A stretch of 64,000 nucleotides of DNA, from assembly GCA_048939625.1 (NCBI GenBank), contig JBHLPH010000004.1, positions 1 through 64,000 on the forward strand. Reading direction: 5' to 3'. The position numbers and the translations under genes are program-made. The DNA comes from Promethearchaeota archaeon (lineage in GTDB: Archaea > Asgardarchaeota > Hermodarchaeia > Hermodarchaeales > Hermodarchaeaceae). Positions 1-8,992 of this stretch are shown here, piece after piece. A model generated the notes under the pieces. The model was not told where the DNA came from. It was given only the letters and a program-made list of their open reading frames with translations, and searched no databases. Position 1 is the stretch's first letter. The number at the start of each line of letters is the position of its first letter.

Positions 1-378
1 GATCATGGAGATCATGCTGGACTAACTCCGTTACTGAAAATGTATTCACTTGGTCATGATGTTGAAATGCCAGAAATCTGGGCTGAAGGTATCCGATATT
101 CCGCAGCCGCACCAATCATGAGTGCAGTACGAAAACTCGGTTTACTTGATGCGGTAGCATATCCTGTTGATGAGGTTTATGTCTATTCTCAGGCTCGCCG
201 ATTTATCCAAACTGAAGGTTTCATACCAGCACCAGAATCCTCGTATGGTGTCTGTGCCGCAATCGATAAAGCTCTTGAATTTAAAGAAAAAGGCGAAGAA
301 GCTGTGATTGCATTTAATGTGTCAGGACATGGTTTCTTAGACATGCAAGCATTCGCCAAACCCCTCAAACTCGAATAA
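1..378 (+). CDS. trpB2: TrpB2-type tryptophan synthase beta-like PLP enzyme, C-terminal part (5'-truncated by window)
   Basis: Frame is open from base 1: DHGDHAGLTPLLKMYSLGHD, PAPESS and FNVSGHGFLDM are TrpB2 motifs. Confidence 0.9.
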   Translation, partial: DHGDHAGLTPLLKMYSLGHDVEMPEIWAEGIRYSAAAPIMSAVRKLGLLDAVAYPVDEVYVYSQARRFIQTEGFIPAPESSYGVCAAIDKALEFKEKGEEAVIAFNVSGHGFLDMQAFAKPLKLE

Positions 379-411
379 TTCAAAAGGTACACACAATATT
401 CGAAATTTGAA

Positions 412-819
412 TCAAGGACTGGATTTAGTCGTTTCCAATTCTTCAACGAATTCCTTAATGCGAATCCCATATTGTTCAATTTGCTCACCAAGGTATTGTG
501 CCCGCTGAGGAAGATTGGTGAGCTGTTCGCCCATTTCCTTCAAATCAAGATAATTCAATTCTTTAACGCGCTCAAATAAAGGATGGCTTCGTCTACGAAG
601 CGTTTTCACCATATCATCCATCCGGATCTGGATATCTAGCATGATAGCTGATGCTTCTTTGGCTGAGGTCTTTTGACCATGAAATTCACCATAAGGAAAA
701 AAAAGCCGCCACGCTACATTCCGACTCTTCGGTCTGGTGATGTCGTCTAACTTCTCAAGCGCCCTATTTAAAAGGTCGATGATGTGGCGTAGTTGCTTGA
801 TGATGAGTTCATCGCCCAA
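412..819 (-). CDS. Hypothetical helical protein
   Basis: 135-aa ORF directly downstream of oppF, amphipathic-helix composition, no recognised motif. Confidence 0.65.
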   Translation of the reverse strand: MGDELIIKQLRHIIDLLNRALEKLDDITRPKSRNVAWRLFFPYGEFHGQKTSAKEASAIMLDIQIRMDDMVKTLRRRSHPLFERVKELNYLDLKEMGEQLTNLPQRAQYLGEQIEQYGIRIKEFVEELETTKSSP

Positions 820-852
820 ATTTAATACACAACCTGCTTAGGCTTAGATTGG

Positions 853-1905
853 TTAGGATTTAGTCTTTTCCTTTAATGTCGCTGCAGGATCAAATGCCAA
901 TCGGAGTGGAGGTCTTGGGAACCAGCAAGCTACCCAATGTCCGGTTTCAAGTTCTTCTAAAGATGGTTCATCCTGTCGGCATTTATCTTGGGCAAATTCA
1001 CAACGAGGTGCAAATAGACACCCTGGAGGAGTGTTAATTGGGCTACCAGGTTCACCTGGTAGCACCTTGCGTTTACGTTGAATTGTTGGATCTGGTGAGG
1101 GGACAGCTGAAATTAATGCCTGGCTATAAGGATGAACAGAGCCATGAATAACTTGATCAATGGTTCCTTTTTCCATGATCTTACCAAGATACATGATTGC
1201 GATTTTATCACCGATGTAACTTGCGATAGAAAGGTCATGAGTAACGTAGATATAGGCAATGTGAAACTCACGACGAATTTTTTCAAGAAGATTGAGAATT
1301 TCGGATCGAATGGACACATCAAGCATGGAAACTGGCTCATCGGCAACAATAAATTCTGGATTCACAACAATGGCTCGAGCGATCGCCACACGCTGCCGCT
1401 GCCCACCACTAAGTTCATGAGGATAGCGAAAAGTGAACTCTTCGGGGGGGACCAACTGGACAGCCTCTAGTGCCCGAATGACTCGAGCTTCTTCATCTTC
1501 TCCGGATTTAGCGATTTTGTTCAATCGAAGAGGTTCGGCAATGGTATCATAGAGACTTAGCCGAGGATTTAGCGATGAGTAGGGATCTTGAAAAATCGTT
1601 TGCATCTTCGCCCGTAGTCGCCGAAGTTTTCGTCGACCAATTTTACTAATATCCTCTCCAGCAAACGTGACTATTCCATCGGTAGGTGTAATGAGTCCCA
1701 TAAGGAGTTTGCCAGTTGTTGTTTTTCCACAACCCGATTCTCCGGCAAGGCAATAGAGTTCCTCTGGATAGACATCTAAGTCAACGCCGTCAACGGCTTT
1801 AAGGTATACTTCACCACCGATGAGTTGTGAGAAAAAACTTGAACTTACTTGAAACCATTTTCGAAGTCCACGACATGAGATAATTGGTTCTGTTGCCTTA
1901 GACAT
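853..1905 (-). CDS. oppF: Oligopeptide ABC transporter ATP-binding protein (OppF/DppF)
   Basis: GESGCGKTT Walker A, LSGGQRQR signature, IVADEP, C-terminal PPGCLFAPRC...C...HWVAC. Start taken at ATG 1905, just after the oppD stop. Confidence 0.95.
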   Translation of the reverse strand: MSKATEPIISCRGLRKWFQVSSSFFSQLIGGEVYLKAVDGVDLDVYPEELYCLAGESGCGKTTTGKLLMGLITPTDGIVTFAGEDISKIGRRKLRRLRAKMQTIFQDPYSSLNPRLSLYDTIAEPLRLNKIAKSGEDEEARVIRALEAVQLVPPEEFTFRYPHELSGGQRQRVAIARAIVVNPEFIVADEPVSMLDVSIRSEILNLLEKIRREFHIAYIYVTHDLSIASYIGDKIAIMYLGKIMEKGTIDQVIHGSVHPYSQALISAVPSPDPTIQRKRKVLPGEPGSPINTPPGCLFAPRCEFAQDKCRQDEPSLEELETGHWVACWFPRPPLRLAFDPAATLKEKTKS

Positions 1906-1907
1906 TG

Positions 1908-2909
1908 TTAGACCTCCTGTTTTCCTGGTGACCATTTGTCATCTTTGATTCGACCAGTTGCAAGGTGGCAGGCAGCCGTATGATTTGGACTCACCTCAAG
2001 TAATGGAGGATCCTCTTTTTCACAGAGGGCTTGAGCATACATACAGCGTGGATGGAATCGACACCCGGGAGGGGGATTTAGGAGATTAGGCGGTGATCCA
2101 GGAATAGATGCCAGGGTTTGGTCGCTCGATTTCTCAATAGAGGGAATTGAAGCGATTAGCCCCTGTGCATAAGGATGCCAAGGCTTTTGGAAGATTTCTA
2201 GGACGGAGCCCGTTTCAACGATTTTCCCGGCATACATGATGATGACGTTGTTACAAGTTTCAGCTACTACCGATAGGTCGTGAGTTATTAGCATTAGTGT
2301 GATTCCTAATTCTTTGACTAGTCGTTTGAGCAATTGCATGATTTGTGCTTGAACGGTTACATCAAGAGCAGTTGTAGGTTCATCAGCAATGAGAAATTTA
2401 GGATCACAAGCAAGGGCCATTACAATCATAGCACGTTGTTTCATTCCCCCGCTAAACTCAAAGGGGTAGTGATTAACCCGATCAGGGTCCATACCAACTA
2501 GTTTGAAAAGGTCTTTGGTTTTCTCTAGTGCCGTCTCTTTATCAAGTTCTGGATCATGTTTGAGCATGGCTTCCGTTACTTGATCGCTTACCCGCAAAAT
2601 TGGATTTAGCGCGTTCATTGCCCCTTGGAAGACCATAGAGATTTCAGTCCAACGGAAGTTTCGCATCTCCTCTGGGTTTAATGTAGCCATATCTACATCA
2701 TCCAGATAGATGTGTCCTCCAATGATTTCTCCTGGTTCAGGTAACATGCGAAGAATGGCAAAGGCAACTGTGCTTTTTCCACAACCTGATTCCCCAACAA
2801 GCCCCACTGAATCGCCTGCTTTAATGTTGAATGTCACGTCTTCAACAGCTTTGCAGTCTCCACGTTGCATACAATAGTACACTACAAGATTTTCTACGCG
2901 CAATGACAT
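1908..2909 (-). CDS. oppD: Oligopeptide ABC transporter ATP-binding protein (OppD/DppD)
   Basis: GESGCGKST, FSGGMKQR, IADEPTTALDV, PPGCRFHPRC. Confidence 0.95.
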   Translation of the reverse strand: MSLRVENLVVYYCMQRGDCKAVEDVTFNIKAGDSVGLVGESGCGKSTVAFAILRMLPEPGEIIGGHIYLDDVDMATLNPEEMRNFRWTEISMVFQGAMNALNPILRVSDQVTEAMLKHDPELDKETALEKTKDLFKLVGMDPDRVNHYPFEFSGGMKQRAMIVMALACDPKFLIADEPTTALDVTVQAQIMQLLKRLVKELGITLMLITHDLSVVAETCNNVIIMYAGKIVETGSVLEIFQKPWHPYAQGLIASIPSIEKSSDQTLASIPGSPPNLLNPPPGCRFHPRCMYAQALCEKEDPPLLEVSPNHTAACHLATGRIKDDKWSPGKQEV

Positions 2910-2920
2910 TGTGTTCTCAC

Positions 2921-4432
2921 CTATAGTTTCCTAAGTCGCGGATTGAGTGCCTTATCTACAGCATACCCTATAAAGATGAAGCCCATAGAGAGCAATGCAA
3001 TACAAAGCCCAGGAGGCATAAAGAACCACCAAGCTGGGGGAATCTGCGTCAGGGCAGCCTGATTATAAGCAGCCTGTAACATTCGACCCCAAGATACAAG
3101 ATTTTGGGGTGTCAATCCAAGAAAGCTCAATCCGGCTTCAGAAAGGATCGCTCCAGAAACACCAGTAGCTAATTGAACAAAAACGATTGTCAACACATTC
3201 GGGAATACATGGCGAAAGACTAAGTAGACATCACCTGCACCAGCAGCTTTTGCTGCTTCTACATAGGCTTTTTCTTTTTCAACTAGTACTTGCGAACGAA
3301 TTACTCGGGCAGGTCCAGGCCACGCGAATAAAGCAATTACAAAGACTGTGATTCCTAGACTTGGACTCAGAATTGCAGATAATATCATCATGACAGGTAG
3401 TGTTGGCATGATGATAAAGAAATCCGTTACTCGCATTGCAGCCTCATCGACCGCGCCTCCAAAGTACCCAGCAGCGAGACCAAGGATTAGCCCAACTGCT
3501 ACACCAATAAACGTGGCGACAATTCCTATAAAAAGTGAAACTTGGGCCCCCCAGAATAGTTGGGCCATAACATCTTGCCCTCTATCTGTTGTACCTAATG
3601 AGCCCCAAAAATGGCTATAGCCCCAGACTTGTATATCATCAGACCATAGACTCACTGTCCCAACCTGGTCTTTATTGACTTCACCCTGCCGGAATTCCAT
3701 AAAAACACGAATAGTAATTTCCTGACCTGGTTGGAATGCCCTAGTCATTACTTGACTAGTCAGGATGTTTGTATATGTCTGCCAGTTTCGAGGAAAGGTT
3801 GGAACAAGCCGAAAGGTGTATTGGCCCGGTGTAACGATGGGATCATCAAGGTTTTCATTTACAATTCTATAATAAATCAACACTGCATTATCTGTCAAAT
3901 TCCCGGATATATCGACCTGTGATGTGAAATAAACATAGGCCAATGCCGGAGGTATATGTTCCCACGTAAAGGTTATATCAGCATATATGCCTTGTCCGAA
4001 ATATGTTTCATTATTTGAATCATCGGTAAGCTGCAGAACCAATGATCGATTTGCACCTGTTATGCTGCCAGTAAAATCGGTAGTATCATAATACCAAGAA
4101 GCTTGTGGAGATGAGGCATTCACTGTCCAAGAGGTATCGAGATCAAAGAATGGATCAGGTACAAAGTTTTGGCCAGGGGGATAATCAATGCGGTTTCCTA
4201 AATCACCTGGAGAGGTCCATGACATCCATTGGGGAGCTGCAAAATCTGGACCCACCCGTACTAACACTCCCGGGTACAATGGGAATAAGGTTGGAGCGAG
4301 TAAAGCCATGAAAAAAAACCAAACCACAACTAAAATTCCAAAAAGCCCTTGTTTTACTTCTCGATACCGCTTCCAAACACCTTGTGCACGTTCAAATATT
4401 GAAAGCCGGTGTTTGAATCCTCTTTCACTCAT
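2921..4432 (-). CDS. oppC: Oligopeptide ABC permease OppC with large inserted extracellular domain
   Basis: LGTTDRGQDV, GAQVSLFIG, EAA loop YVEAAKAAGA, LSEAGLSFLGL, NPRLR end. About 200 extra hydrophilic residues follow TM1. Confidence 0.93.
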   Translation of the reverse strand: MSERGFKHRLSIFERAQGVWKRYREVKQGLFGILVVVWFFFMALLAPTLFPLYPGVLVRVGPDFAAPQWMSWTSPGDLGNRIDYPPGQNFVPDPFFDLDTSWTVNASSPQASWYYDTTDFTGSITGANRSLVLQLTDDSNNETYFGQGIYADITFTWEHIPPALAYVYFTSQVDISGNLTDNAVLIYYRIVNENLDDPIVTPGQYTFRLVPTFPRNWQTYTNILTSQVMTRAFQPGQEITIRVFMEFRQGEVNKDQVGTVSLWSDDIQVWGYSHFWGSLGTTDRGQDVMAQLFWGAQVSLFIGIVATFIGVAVGLILGLAAGYFGGAVDEAAMRVTDFFIIMPTLPVMMILSAILSPSLGITVFVIALFAWPGPARVIRSQVLVEKEKAYVEAAKAAGAGDVYLVFRHVFPNVLTIVFVQLATGVSGAILSEAGLSFLGLTPQNLVSWGRMLQAAYNQAALTQIPPAWWFFMPPGLCIALLSMGFIFIGYAVDKALNPRLRKL

Positions 4433-4480
4433 ACAATAATCACCATAAGGGGTCTTTTAATGCAGAATGCCTTTTTAGTA

Positions 4481-4501
4481 TAAACAGTCCGAACCTGTTT
4501 A
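4481..4501. promoter_or_regulatory. Inverted repeat TAAACAG-N7-CTGTTTA upstream of oppC (candidate operator)
   Basis: Perfect 7-bp arms between the oppC start (4432) and an AT-rich TATA-like tract at about 4505-4514. Confidence 0.35.
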
Positions 4502-4630
4502 AAAGTTATATTAAGTTGACGGTACGTGCAGCAATTAAATTCGCCCCCAGCACAATGAATTGAATTAGCTATCGTCTGAAACTGAATCTTGATTTTCTTG
4601 AAGCTTTTTATGAATAATAGTGAACCAATG

Positions 4631-4891
4631 CTAGTGAAGTACTTTCCCGGTTTGAGAAGTAACGCGGTTCATACTTGGTTGGGGAAGATATCTTTCAGTA
4701 AGCCAGAGATACAATAGGATAATCAATGAAAGAGCAATAAAGAAGATCCCTATCCAAATTAGCAGAATTCCGCTAAAGCTCATGAAAGATAATAGTATTC
4801 CGATGATAATCATAATAATACCAATTACAATAAACCACTTCAATGTCGGTTTTGTATTCATTAGCGAACGAAAACTCATTTGTCCAGACAT
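4631..4891 (-). CDS. Small two-TM membrane protein
   Basis: 86 aa with two long hydrophobic segments. Confidence 0.7.
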   Translation of the reverse strand: MSGQMSFRSLMNTKPTLKWFIVIGIIMIIIGILLSFMSFSGILLIWIGIFFIALSLIILLYLWLTERYLPQPSMNRVTSQTGKVLH

Positions 4892-5023
4892 TATCTTTTT
4901 TGCACCACTTCTCTGCTATTAAATGTTCTAATCCAAAGAACAGAGTAGTTAGAGTACCTCTTCAGTTAATTTTATTAGTCTTGGCATTTCAGGTTTTTCT
5001 CAATTTAAAGTGAAGTGAAGATT

Positions 5024-6046
5024 ATGGGACTACGTAGCTATCTAATCAAGCGCATCATTATTGCGATAGTCCTTTTTATTGCAGTCATTATATTCAACTT
5101 CTTTCTTTTCCGATTGCCAGTTTTTATCTTTGGAATTGATCCTGCATACCTCTATATTACCCCAGGTATGGACCCAAGAGCCATTGAAGGGATTCGTCGG
5201 TTGTATCAGCTTCCGCCAGCAAACGCGACATGGTATGATTGGTTTCTCCATTTCGTGTCTTATATGCGAAATATGTTCACACTGCAATTTGGTATTAGTT
5301 TCAGCTCTGGTAATCCAGTCGTAGAAGACATAATGGAACGCCTTCCGAATACCCTACTTCTTATGGGCACTTCCACAATTTTTGCTGTAATATTGGGTGT
5401 AGTAACAGGAATTATTGCAGCAAGTCGGCATGGTGGAGCATTAGACACGGGCTTAATTACATTTAGTTTGACCATGTATAGTCTACCAGTATTTTGGTTA
5501 GGCATGTCTTTTCTACTAGCCTTCTCTGTTCTTCCACAAATTTATCTTGGATTTCCCTTATTCCCACTTGGACATACAACAAGTCCACCCGGCTCAATAC
5601 CCAACGACCCGATATCCTATTCTCTTGACGTGGCATGGCATCTAGTACTACCTGCTTTGACATTGACATTAGCATTTTTTGGAGGATACATGCTGCTTAT
5701 GCGCAATACCCTAGTTGACGTATTGACAGAAGACTATATACTAACAGCTCGTGCAAAAGGCCTTGAAGAACGGACCGTTCTATACAAGCACGGAGTACGT
5801 AACGCCTTTCTACCCCTAATCTCTTTAATCGCAATTAACTTCGCATTTATCATAAGCGGAGCAATTCTCACTGAAACCGTGTTCATATGGCTGGGAATGG
5901 GTCGTCTACTATATGCTTCACTCACCGCAAATGATTGGCCAGTGGCACAGGGTATATTCTTCATGATAGCAGCTACAGTCATTATCGCTAATATAATCGC
6001 TGATATCTTATATGGGGTTCTCGATCCGCGAATAAAATATGGATGA
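5024..6046 (+). CDS. oppB: Oligopeptide ABC permease OppB
   Basis: MGLRSYLIKRI, QFGISF, ERLPNTLLL, HLVLPALTL, EDYILTARAKGL, DPRIKY. ATG 5024 preferred over GTG 5015. Confidence 0.95.
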   Translation: MGLRSYLIKRIIIAIVLFIAVIIFNFFLFRLPVFIFGIDPAYLYITPGMDPRAIEGIRRLYQLPPANATWYDWFLHFVSYMRNMFTLQFGISFSSGNPVVEDIMERLPNTLLLMGTSTIFAVILGVVTGIIAASRHGGALDTGLITFSLTMYSLPVFWLGMSFLLAFSVLPQIYLGFPLFPLGHTTSPPGSIPNDPISYSLDVAWHLVLPALTLTLAFFGGYMLLMRNTLVDVLTEDYILTARAKGLEERTVLYKHGVRNAFLPLISLIAINFAFIISGAILTETVFIWLGMGRLLYASLTANDWPVAQGIFFMIAATVIIANIIADILYGVLDPRIKYG

Positions 6047-6077
6047 CCTTGTATCAATAATTAATTGAGGACAAACA

Positions 6078-6497
6078 ATGTCGTATTTAAAAACACGCAT
6101 TGTTTTTGCTGGATATGCATTAGTCGGAGCTGTAATTATAACCACCTCAATTCTTCACGCTTCCTACACAACCGTTATCCCCGTTTTAAACCAACTGGCA
6201 TTTATTCTACTCTTTATTCCAGCGTTCTTCCTTGGAATTATTTGTATTGAATTCAAGGACACAATAATTGTTATGCTAGCGACTATGTTTCTTTCCATAC
6301 TTCTGCTTGCTCTCACAAGGTCAGCTCCAGCCTTTTTCGGGATTATTACTGGAACCGCGCCATTTTTTATAATCTCTCAATTTGCATTAACGGTTCCCCT
6401 ATTCTTCCCTCTTGTGCTTGTCTTTACCCTAGGCACTGTTGCAGGTCTACTCTTCAATGAATTTATAATTGAGCCACGAACTGATGATTTGATCTAA
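6078..6497 (+). CDS. Hypothetical four-TM membrane protein
   Basis: 139 aa, about four hydrophobic segments, co-directional with oppB. Confidence 0.75.
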   Translation: MSYLKTRIVFAGYALVGAVIITTSILHASYTTVIPVLNQLAFILLFIPAFFLGIICIEFKDTIIVMLATMFLSILLLALTRSAPAFFGIITGTAPFFIISQFALTVPLFFPLVLVFTLGTVAGLLFNEFIIEPRTDDLI

Positions 6498-6540
6498 CCA
6501 AGGTATAGAAGTCTACGAAATGTATGAATGTGATAAGACG

Positions 6541-6843
6541 ATGGCAAAAAAACGCGAAGTAAAAGTTGTTTATCGTAGATGGACCCTAATAATCCCTGTT
6601 TTCTTAATGATGCTTGGAAGCATTCTGATGTTTGCTTTTTGGTCAATTAATGCGGTAGTTTCACTCTTTGGAGGTATGTTAATCTTAATAGGAGTACTTT
6701 CGTTGGGTCTTCTTTTGGTCATGGTTATTTCTCTTGAACTCAGTACGCGCAGCCTACAACGTAAAAGACCAATACCTCCTCCTCTAAGCGAGGATTTTGA
6801 AAAAGCTGAACGCGAAAAGGAAACTCAGAAGGAAGCAGAATAA
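6541..6843 (+). CDS. Hypothetical two-TM membrane protein with charged tail
   Basis: Two hydrophobic segments and a Pro-rich then acidic C-terminus. Alternative start at 6520. Confidence 0.7.
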   Translation: MAKKREVKVVYRRWTLIIPVFLMMLGSILMFAFWSINAVVSLFGGMLILIGVLSLGLLLVMVISLELSTRSLQRKRPIPPPLSEDFEKAEREKETQKEAE

Positions 6844-6967
6844 CTCAGCTTGAAACCCAGTTGCAATGGCGTATCAGAGCTTCTCTTGCCATTAGAAATA
6901 AAGGAATTACATCGTGTACTCGCCTATACCAGAGTGTATATATATCTCTTTAGAGGATGAAGACTGA

Positions 6968-7005
6968 CCTTTAGCGGCAGTGCTAAATCTGCATGGCCGC
7001 AAGGG
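6968..7005 (+). promoter_or_regulatory. Stable hairpin in the oppA 5' leader
   Basis: CCTTT-A-GCGGC-AG-TGC-TAAATCT-GCA-TG-GCCGC-AAGGG lies between a TATATATA tract (about 6937-6945) and ATG 7021. Confidence 0.55.
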
Positions 7006-7020
7006 TAGTAAACGGAAGGA

Positions 7021-8946
7021 ATGAATTCCGAATTGACAAATTTAAGAAAAATTTCTTTAGTGACTGCAATTGCACTAGTGGGCCTCTTCCTATCTCTTGC
7101 GTACCTTACTCCACAGAGCGCCTCTGTTAGCGCTTCGTGGACATATCCAAGTGGATACGATCCTCACGGTGGTTACGTTGATCGAATTACCTTCGTCGTG
7201 TATCCATCTGAGGATATAGCTCAAGCACTGCTTGCTCTTCAGGCTGGTACCGTTTATTCATACGATGAACGTATTCCACACCAATCAGTGACAGAACTTG
7301 AGGCAAACCCAGCAATTGAGGTAACCTCCATTGAAGGAGCAATTTACCGACAATTTACTTTGCAATGCCAACGATTCCCAACCAATATCACCGGGTATCG
7401 TTATGCATTGAACCAAGCACTTGATAAAGCAGCTGTAGTGGCGAACGCCCGTGGTGGTTATGCTGCCCCCATGGACAGCGCTATTCCGCTGCCCTATGCA
7501 TATTGGGAATATGAATCTCAAATGGCTTCGCACTTCTATACAGAAGAAATTGCTGATGCTAACGCGACATTGGATGCTGCTCACATCATTGACACTCCTG
7601 ACTCACCACACCCTGGTTATCGGTACTATGACGCTGATGAAAGCGGAACCTGGACCGCAGGCGATAAGCGTGGTGACGTTTTAGCCCCTGATGGACTACA
7701 AATCGAATTATGGGCGTCAACAGGCTATGACCCCGCTATCCAAGCTGTTACCGTGATGGTCGATAGCATGGAGAAATGCGGCCTCATTGGAACAGTCGTA
7801 GAAGTTGACTTCAACGCCTTAATCGCTGGTCTCATCACTGGTGAATTTAGTCTTGGCTGTTTCAGCTGGAACATCAATCCACCGGGTGAGCCGTTCCTAC
7901 TCTATGACTTCTTCCACACCCAAGGCAGCTCCAACGGTCTCTTCTACCGATTCAATAACACGGCATACGACGGAAACGCAACCGCCTTCGTTGAAGCTCC
8001 AACTCGAATGGAGGCACGCGACTGGGCATGGAATTGTTGTAGAATTCTCATAGAAGAGATGCCAATGATTGTCTGCTACAACGACGAATACACCCACGCC
8101 TACCGAACTGACATTTGGGAAGGCTACGTGCCCCAAGTCGCTATTAACCGCATGGGTGGAAACCCATACACCTACATTCAAATGCGACTGACAGAAGATG
8201 CTGGTGGTCCCTTCGGTTGTATCCCAACGGATTACGTCACCGTACTTTCTGAGGGAATGGACTACACCAACTACATCCAAAGCGATTCGGGTTACACGTT
8301 AACCGTCTTAGGACTCATCTACGAAACCCTTTGGAATGTTGATCCTCTCGATCCAGACCAAGGTATAGGACCCGGGCTTGCATGGAACTGGACCATTGAA
8401 GACACTGTCGCAGCAGGCGATATTGAAGATGGAAAATTATTCACCTTCTATCTATATGACAATGTCACCTGGCACGATGGAACAACCTTCACCTCAGAAG
8501 ATGTTCAATACAGTTTCATGAACATTCATCCATGGTCTCCTCCACGGTCAGTCAATCTACTAGAGATTTACCGAGTTGATACACCAAACGCGACAACTGT
8601 TGAAGTCTATTCTAACAGTAGTGGCTACGTAGAATTCACCCGAGCAACAAGCTTGCCGATTCTTCCCAAACACATCTGGGAACCATATGAATCTGGCAAC
8701 TTCACCTGGAGCCCTGATACTCCGACCGAAATGTCGGGAACAGGTCCCTTCAAGTGGGTTACCCGGGTAACTGGACAATACATCATCCTAGAACGCAATG
8801 ACAACTGGCACTTCGGTGTTGAAGTTCCAGATGATCGACCACTTTGTCCACCTCCATTCAATCCTCTGATTTACGTAGGCATTGCCGTTGTGGTGATAGT
8901 CATTATCATCATCGCTGGCGTCTACTTCTTCAGAATCCGAAAGTAG
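7021..8946 (+). CDS. oppA: Peptide ABC substrate-binding protein (family 5), circularly permuted, C-terminal TM anchor
   Basis: Signal peptide; LIYETLW, PGLAWNW, FTFYLYDNVTWHDG and GTGPFK motifs; C-terminal hydrophobic helix followed by RIRK. Confidence 0.92.
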   Translation: MNSELTNLRKISLVTAIALVGLFLSLAYLTPQSASVSASWTYPSGYDPHGGYVDRITFVVYPSEDIAQALLALQAGTVYSYDERIPHQSVTELEANPAIEVTSIEGAIYRQFTLQCQRFPTNITGYRYALNQALDKAAVVANARGGYAAPMDSAIPLPYAYWEYESQMASHFYTEEIADANATLDAAHIIDTPDSPHPGYRYYDADESGTWTAGDKRGDVLAPDGLQIELWASTGYDPAIQAVTVMVDSMEKCGLIGTVVEVDFNALIAGLITGEFSLGCFSWNINPPGEPFLLYDFFHTQGSSNGLFYRFNNTAYDGNATAFVEAPTRMEARDWAWNCCRILIEEMPMIVCYNDEYTHAYRTDIWEGYVPQVAINRMGGNPYTYIQMRLTEDAGGPFGCIPTDYVTVLSEGMDYTNYIQSDSGYTLTVLGLIYETLWNVDPLDPDQGIGPGLAWNWTIEDTVAAGDIEDGKLFTFYLYDNVTWHDGTTFTSEDVQYSFMNIHPWSPPRSVNLLEIYRVDTPNATTVEVYSNSSGYVEFTRATSLPILPKHIWEPYESGNFTWSPDTPTEMSGTGPFKWVTRVTGQYIILERNDNWHFGVEVPDDRPLCPPPFNPLIYVGIAVVVIVIIIIAGVYFFRIRK

Positions 8947-8957
8947 TCTAGACCAAA

Positions 8958-8990
8958 GTAGGGCTTCGGCCCTACAACCCTCCTTTTTTT
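8958..8990 (+). terminator. Hairpin plus U-tract terminator after oppA
   Basis: GTAGGGC-TTCG-GCCCTAC (C(UUCG)G tetraloop) followed by T7 at 8984-8990. Confidence 0.8.
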
Positions 8991-8992
8991 AG

